Shown here: positions 58,772 to 64,000 of the stretch, one piece after another
Numbering within the stretch: position 1 is the stretch's first letter
Layout of the letters: the number at the start of each line of letters is the position of its first letter
Source: Paraspadella gotoi
Lineage: Eukaryota; Animalia; Chaetognatha
DNA: 64,000 nucleotides
NCBI GenBank assembly: GCA_051294375.1
Contig: CM119265.1
Coordinates: forward strand, 2,401,268-2,465,267
Direction: 5' to 3'
The notes under the pieces: generated by a model
Seen by the model: only the letters and a program-made list of their open reading frames with translations
What the model was told of the DNA's origin: nothing
Databases searched by the model: none
Position numbers and translations under genes: made by a program

Positions 58772-58975
58772 TCATCTTCTTTTAACCGCGACGGCACGCT
58801 TGACCCGTAGAGCGGCTTGACATAGTCGGTCTCTCAGCCAATCGCAATCCGGAGAACAGGAGCAGATCCTGGCGGCGGCGGCGGCCGGAGCGGCAGCGGC
58901 GGGGGCGGCGCCGAAATCCAAGATGGCGACCACAACGACGAGGAGGAAGAGGCTTTTGAAGGAAAGCAGAGACAT
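58772..58975 (-). CDS. Small secreted 4-Cys peptide precursor (67 aa)
   Basis: Signal peptide, Ala/Pro spacer, R|ICSCSPDCDWLRDRLCQAALRV, dibasic KR sites. Splice acceptor CTCAG 27 nt upstream of the ATG. The signal core differs only synonymously from the UBIAD1 leader. Confidence 0.65.
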   Translation of the reverse strand: MSLLSFKSLFLLVVVVAILDFGAAPAAAAPAAAAARICSCSPDCDWLRDRLCQAALRVKRAVAVKRR

Positions 58976-59378
58976 CTTCTTTTTCGAGAGAAAACGTTGA
59001 ATCTGAGTTTGTATAATTTAATTATGCTGGGTAAAGAAAAACATATCACGAAATAGTAAGTACATACAGTTGCAGCCAAAATACAAACACCCGCTATTGT
59101 TCACCGCTAAAATGTAAATTTCACATATATTCGTTTTGTTTTTTTATTATTGTTTTTATTTATTTGTTTTTAAAATAAATTGTTCCTATGAAGTGAGATT
59201 TCCCGTCTGATCAATTTTAAATACAATATCAATTCCTTGTGATTCATTGAGCTTCACATTTTGAGTCCGGCTATGAGCCATTTACCATTTGTATCTAAAG
59301 CCATATTTCGGTTGGAGAGAATCGATTCTTCGTCCAACGAAATAATAAAGAAAAAATGACTCCTAGCACGTTCGCACG

Positions 59379-60386
59379 CTAACTTATGTTCGTGTAACCA
59401 GGAAGATTCTCTGGCGAGCACATGAGAATGGAGAGAACGTAGCAAATTCCGCAGAACAGGTTCAACTCGGCCGTCCTCTGAGGAAGTCTAATCAAAGGGC
59501 CCTCTTTAAACCGCTTCTCGAGTTCCAACGCTTTGGGCAGGGAGACGAGCGGAACCAGCAGCCAAGGACTGCGCCAACAGCCAAGGACAAAGAAGGCCGC
59601 GTAGGGAGTGAAAAGGAGAAATGAGAAGAAAAAGGAGGACCCAGTTTTGCCTAAAAGTATCGCGAGCGTGACGATCCCGGCGGCGGCGTCGTTGTCGGCA
59701 TCGCGAGCGTTATTGGAATGAAGGATCGCTTCCGTATGAAGGGCGAGGGGCAATGCGTAGATGAGAGGGGAAAAGGAGAAGTCTCCCGACTGAGCGAGGA
59801 AAGAAAAGAATACCGTAAGAGGGCCGAAGGCGAGTATGATAACAAGATCTCCGAGGGCAATGTACTTGAGTCCCACTCCTCCGGTGTACATAAAGCTGAA
59901 CGACAACCCCCCGAAGTAGACGACCGCGAGTTGGGTCACGGGCGCGGGAGAACAGAACCCCAGAGCTAGAAAGGCGATTGTACCGAATGCGTAGAGAGTG
60001 ACCCCGTAGTACCGAATCTGCGTGGGAGTGAGGAGCCGATCGACGAGCGTTCGATCTTCGCAAACCCAACTCCCTTCGGACTTGTCTACTCCCTTGTAGT
60101 AGTCGTAGTAAGTGTTGACGAGGTTCCCGGCGCCGTGGACGAAAAAGGCGGTGAGGGACGAGAGGATGATGACGGCGGGATCGAATGCGACGTGGAACTT
60201 ATAAGCCAACGCAGTTCCGAGGAGAACAGGAATCAGGGAGGCGCTAAAAGACCAAGGGCGCAATGCCACCCAATATTTTTGATAGCGACCGGCGCTATCG
60301 GGTGGAGCAGCATCAGTAAGGGTGGCGCCAAAATCCAAGATGGCGACCACGACGACGAGGAGGAAGAGACTTTTGAAGATAGACAT
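59379..60386 (-). CDS. UBIAD1: UbiA prenyltransferase domain-containing protein 1 (MK-4/vitamin K2 prenyltransferase), single coding exon
   Basis: ALRPWSFSASLIPVLLG, HGAGNLVNTYYDYYKGVD, DRTLVD, YTGGVGLKYIALGD, EAILHSNNARD..D..AGIVTLAILLG, LPQRTAELNL. Confidence 0.95.
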   Translation of the reverse strand: MSIFKSLFLLVVVVAILDFGATLTDAAPPDSAGRYQKYWVALRPWSFSASLIPVLLGTALAYKFHVAFDPAVIILSSLTAFFVHGAGNLVNTYYDYYKGVDKSEGSWVCEDRTLVDRLLTPTQIRYYGVTLYAFGTIAFLALGFCSPAPVTQLAVVYFGGLSFSFMYTGGVGLKYIALGDLVIILAFGPLTVFFSFLAQSGDFSFSPLIYALPLALHTEAILHSNNARDADNDAAAGIVTLAILLGKTGSSFFFSFLLFTPYAAFFVLGCWRSPWLLVPLVSLPKALELEKRFKEGPLIRLPQRTAELNLFCGICYVLSILMCSPENLPGYTNIS

Positions 60387-61110
60387 CGTGGAAAAAAATT
60401 ACTGGACGAAAACGAGGATTCTGTGGCACAAAAAAAAAATTATATTGTAAAAACATTCAATTGTTACTGTGAAATACTATGCCTGGCCAATTTATTTTTC
60501 CGTTTCTCTAACATTTTAAGGTCAATAAGATTCGCTTAAAATTCTTCGAGAATTTAATTTGACCGGACTTTTTTGTGTCCCGGTATTATTTTACTGGTCT
60601 TTTGTTTGACCGTCAAAATTTGGAGAAATATGAAAATATTTTTTAGTTCTTATTTAGACTCAGCAAAGAGACGATTCGCTCGTCCGTTATTCAGTTTTAT
60701 GGAACAAATTATAGATATTTTACTGGTAGAAATTGTATTCGATCTTTCTTTTTGTTGTTTTTATAAGTTTAAGGAGTGATTTGTGTCTCTCTCTTTCTCT
60801 CTCTCTCTCTCCCTTTCACCAAATTTTTCAATTTTCAAATTCACTTACTCTCGTCTTCCCTGCCCTTACCTTCACCTGAAAATTATTTAACATTAGCGAA
60901 ATTTGAATTATTGTAAAAAAAAATAAGAAATAGAGAGAGGGAGACAGAATGAGAATTTAAAAAGAATTTTAAAAAAGAATCCAAGACCAAAAACTAGATT
61001 TTTTCTTGTTTAAAACTGGTTAATTACTGACAAAAGCGGATACTCGTGAAAGCCTTGATCGTAACTCTTTGTTTGCGTCGAAACAGTAACTGAGATATAT
61101 TGCAATGTCG

Positions 61111-61153
<43 letters not shown>

Positions 61154-61185
61154 AGGTCATTGTCCTTTCTTCAAAGTCGTCGTTT

Positions 61186-61217
<32 letters not shown>

Positions 61218-61849
61218 TCGTCCGTCGTCGTCGTCGTCGGGAAACCGGTCAGTTGTTCGTATCACTCGAGTTAATTAGTTTATGACAACGATTTAAAACA
61301 GTCGGAGTTGTCGTTGTAGTTGTTGTCGTCGTTGTCGTAATTGTCAACGTTTCGAGTGACCACAAACGTCATCATGAAATGAGTCAATAAATGAGCAATA
61401 AAAGTGGGAAAGTCGAATCGGAGTTGATGAAAAGTCAGGTTGTTGGTTTTAAATGGAGTTCCTCTGAGAGAGAGAGTGAGAGAGAAAGAGAGGAAGAGAG
61501 AGACCTAAAGAGCGTGAATACAATACAAGGGAGAGGGGAAAGTGAAAAAAGCCGAAAAGGAGTAAGAGAGAGAGAGAGAGATTACTGTACCTACAAATTA
61601 GCTTAAACTTTGACAAGGAAATCGATATCATAATGTACAGTTTGAATAATTGCATCTCTACCTCATCTATATTTTATTCTTTAATCACAAGTTCAATATC
61701 ATAAAGTCCAATTTGAATAATAAGTCTTTGACTTTATATCATCTCTTTTTCTTATTCTTTAATCACAAGGTCACAATTAATTGTTATCGATTTGTAACTT
61801 TGTTATCGACAACATCCAATCCCTTCGAACCGGAGTTGTGTCCAGATTC

Positions 61850-62500
61850 CTCAAAATACAATGTCGGATCTGCCCACGATCATTAGCGGTAATTAATTAA
61901 TTAATGAATAAATTCAAGTTAAATATTTAATTAGTCAATCAATTAATCAATTTGTCACTGACCACGATAAAAGCAACGACGTCGACGATGGCGACGACGA
62001 CAATAATGCCGATAACGATAAATTGATTGATTTACTTTATTGATTGATTGATTGATTGATTGAATAATTAATTAATATATAAATTGATAAATTAATTAAT
62101 TATTGATTAATTAAGTGACTAATTTATTAATTAACTTATTAATTATTTGATTAATTATTACATCCTGCATTTACATTTAATATAAAAAAAACGTCTTCCA
62201 ATACTTAATCACAACGAAAAGAAAGGAAATTCATGATGTCTAAAAAAAGAAGCATAATCAATTAGTGAAACAAGTTTTTTGTTTTTTCCATTTAAACTCA
62301 TTTCCACTCGGACGATTCCATCGAAACTTGATTTCCAGCTTAATCACACACTTTCCTACCCACATACAGAATTTCAAGTCAATCGCCCCATATATTCATG
62401 AATAATTGGCGTTCAAATCTTAGGGGAGACGGAAAGACAGACAGACGAACGGACATCTTTTTTTTTTTTGCATAATTAATCATGATTCGATGTTCTGAGT
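61850..62500 (+). mobile_element. Helentron/DINE-1-like element
   Basis: Collinear with 29640-30100 (ATACAATGTCGGATCTGCCCACGATCATTAGCGG; GGACGATTCCATCGAAACTTG; AATTTCAAGTCAATCGCCCC; AGAC repeats). Confidence 0.7.
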
Positions 62501-62551
62501 TATAATTTACGTTTCTTTAAAAAAACCAGTTAAGATGCATGGTTTATCAGC

Positions 62552-62552
62552 T

Positions 62553-62586
<34 letters not shown>

Positions 62587-62603
62587 ACACCGCCGCCACC
62601 GCC

Positions 62604-62655
<52 letters not shown>
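62552..62655. repeat. (CCG)n trinucleotide repeat, possibly within a minus-strand exon
   Basis: About 34 CCG units; a minus-strand acceptor TTTTTTGGTGCAG opens an exon-like stretch at 62756. Confidence 0.8.
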
Positions 62656-63329
62656 AGTAGTATATACTGGACAGTGAGATCCGCCGCCGGAATCTACTGG
62701 CGAAGTCGCGCCGTCCCAGACTTGGTTTTCGCCAAGAGGAGAGATGCTTCTTTTCTCTGCACCAAAAAAGGAGAAAAGAAAAAAAAATAGGATGGGATAG
62801 AATAAGAAGCGATGGAATGCCACTGTATTTTATGAATGAATGAATGAATGAATGAATGAATGAATGAATGAATGAATGAATGAATGAATGAATGAATGAA
62901 TGAATAATGAATTATTATAATAAATGAATGCATGAATTAATATATTAATGAATGAATGAATAAATTAGTGAATGAATCAATTAATTAATCAATTAACTAA
63001 TTAATTGAACGAATGAATCACGGAATGTCGCAAAAGCTTGTAGGTTTATTTAAAAAGACTAGTATTATTCGTTATCGAGTCTAAAACTTTAAATTACATG
63101 TTTTCCTTGGCACCACTTGTAAGTGTAAACCAAAACCTGAAGAGATATGTTACATAATAAATAATTTGATTTATTTTGGATCCAGCTTAACAATCAAATT
63201 CGGAGGTTAAACGGATATATATACATTTATTTGTTGAGCGTCCGAGCAGCACCCTTCGATCGAAAATATTTGACCTCTATTTCGTAGAGGGTTACTTCAC
63301 GACAGTGACAGGTATTTGTGTGTGTGTGT

Positions 63330-63405
<76 letters not shown>

Positions 63406-63450
63406 AGAGAGATAGATGATGTGCAGAGCCAAATAAAATGCGGCTAGCGT

Positions 63451-63554
<104 letters not shown>

Positions 63555-64000
63555 GTTCGACCTCAACAGCGTGAATACGAGGGAGAGGGGTAAAAAAAGG
63601 GGGGAAAAAGGGAAACAATTTTTGTGAACAGGTGAACATTTATCGCGAAAAAAAATCACTCGGGTAAAAATTAAAAAAATATTCTAAACAATTAACAAGG
63701 TATAATATAATTTTTTTCAGTAATTAAGTTTTAAAATTAAACGGAACCCGAAAAAGATAAATAGATAGAAAAAGATTTGACTTGATTTATTATTTATTAA
63801 TCTCAAAGAACGTGTGACGCTGAGGATTGGTCGGCACAGCAGCGGGACGGGTGACGGTCTAAACGACGGTTTTAAAAGAGATAATTTATCACAATAAGTA
63901 TATAATCGTTAACGACCTATATATATATATATATATATAAAGAAATTCACTTCAATTCAACTCATTAAAAACACCTCAACAAACCGGCCTAACAAGTTAA

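Overview
Intron-rich invertebrate (metazoan) nuclear DNA from a draft assembly: GC-rich exons, AT-rich introns full of microsatellites, three N-gaps and one stretch (~34.7-38.8 kb) that looks like an uncorrected long read. Gene models were spliced by hand using GT-AG sites and phase checks. They are: the 3' end of an unknown gene; two low-complexity orphan genes with mitochondrial-presequence-like leaders; a tandem pair of secreted Cys-rich plus fibrinogen-C-domain genes; a 14-exon RGD-type integrin alpha whose 17-kb intron hides an antisense XK-related (scramblase-family) gene; a C-type lectin; an astacin-kringle metalloprotease; tRNA-Thr(AGT); tRNA-Glu(CTC); and an intronless UBIAD1 that shares its splice acceptor and an identical signal-peptide core with an adjacent small 4-Cys secreted peptide gene. 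The non-coding highlights are a dispersed ~200-bp repeat (4 copies) whose core matches a circularly permuted twister ribozyme with a palindromic P1, decayed minimal (Penelope-type) hammerheads, Helentron/DINE-1-like elements with a flip/flop terminal hairpin, and tRNA-headed SINE-like elements. All homology calls are from motif recognition, not database searches.
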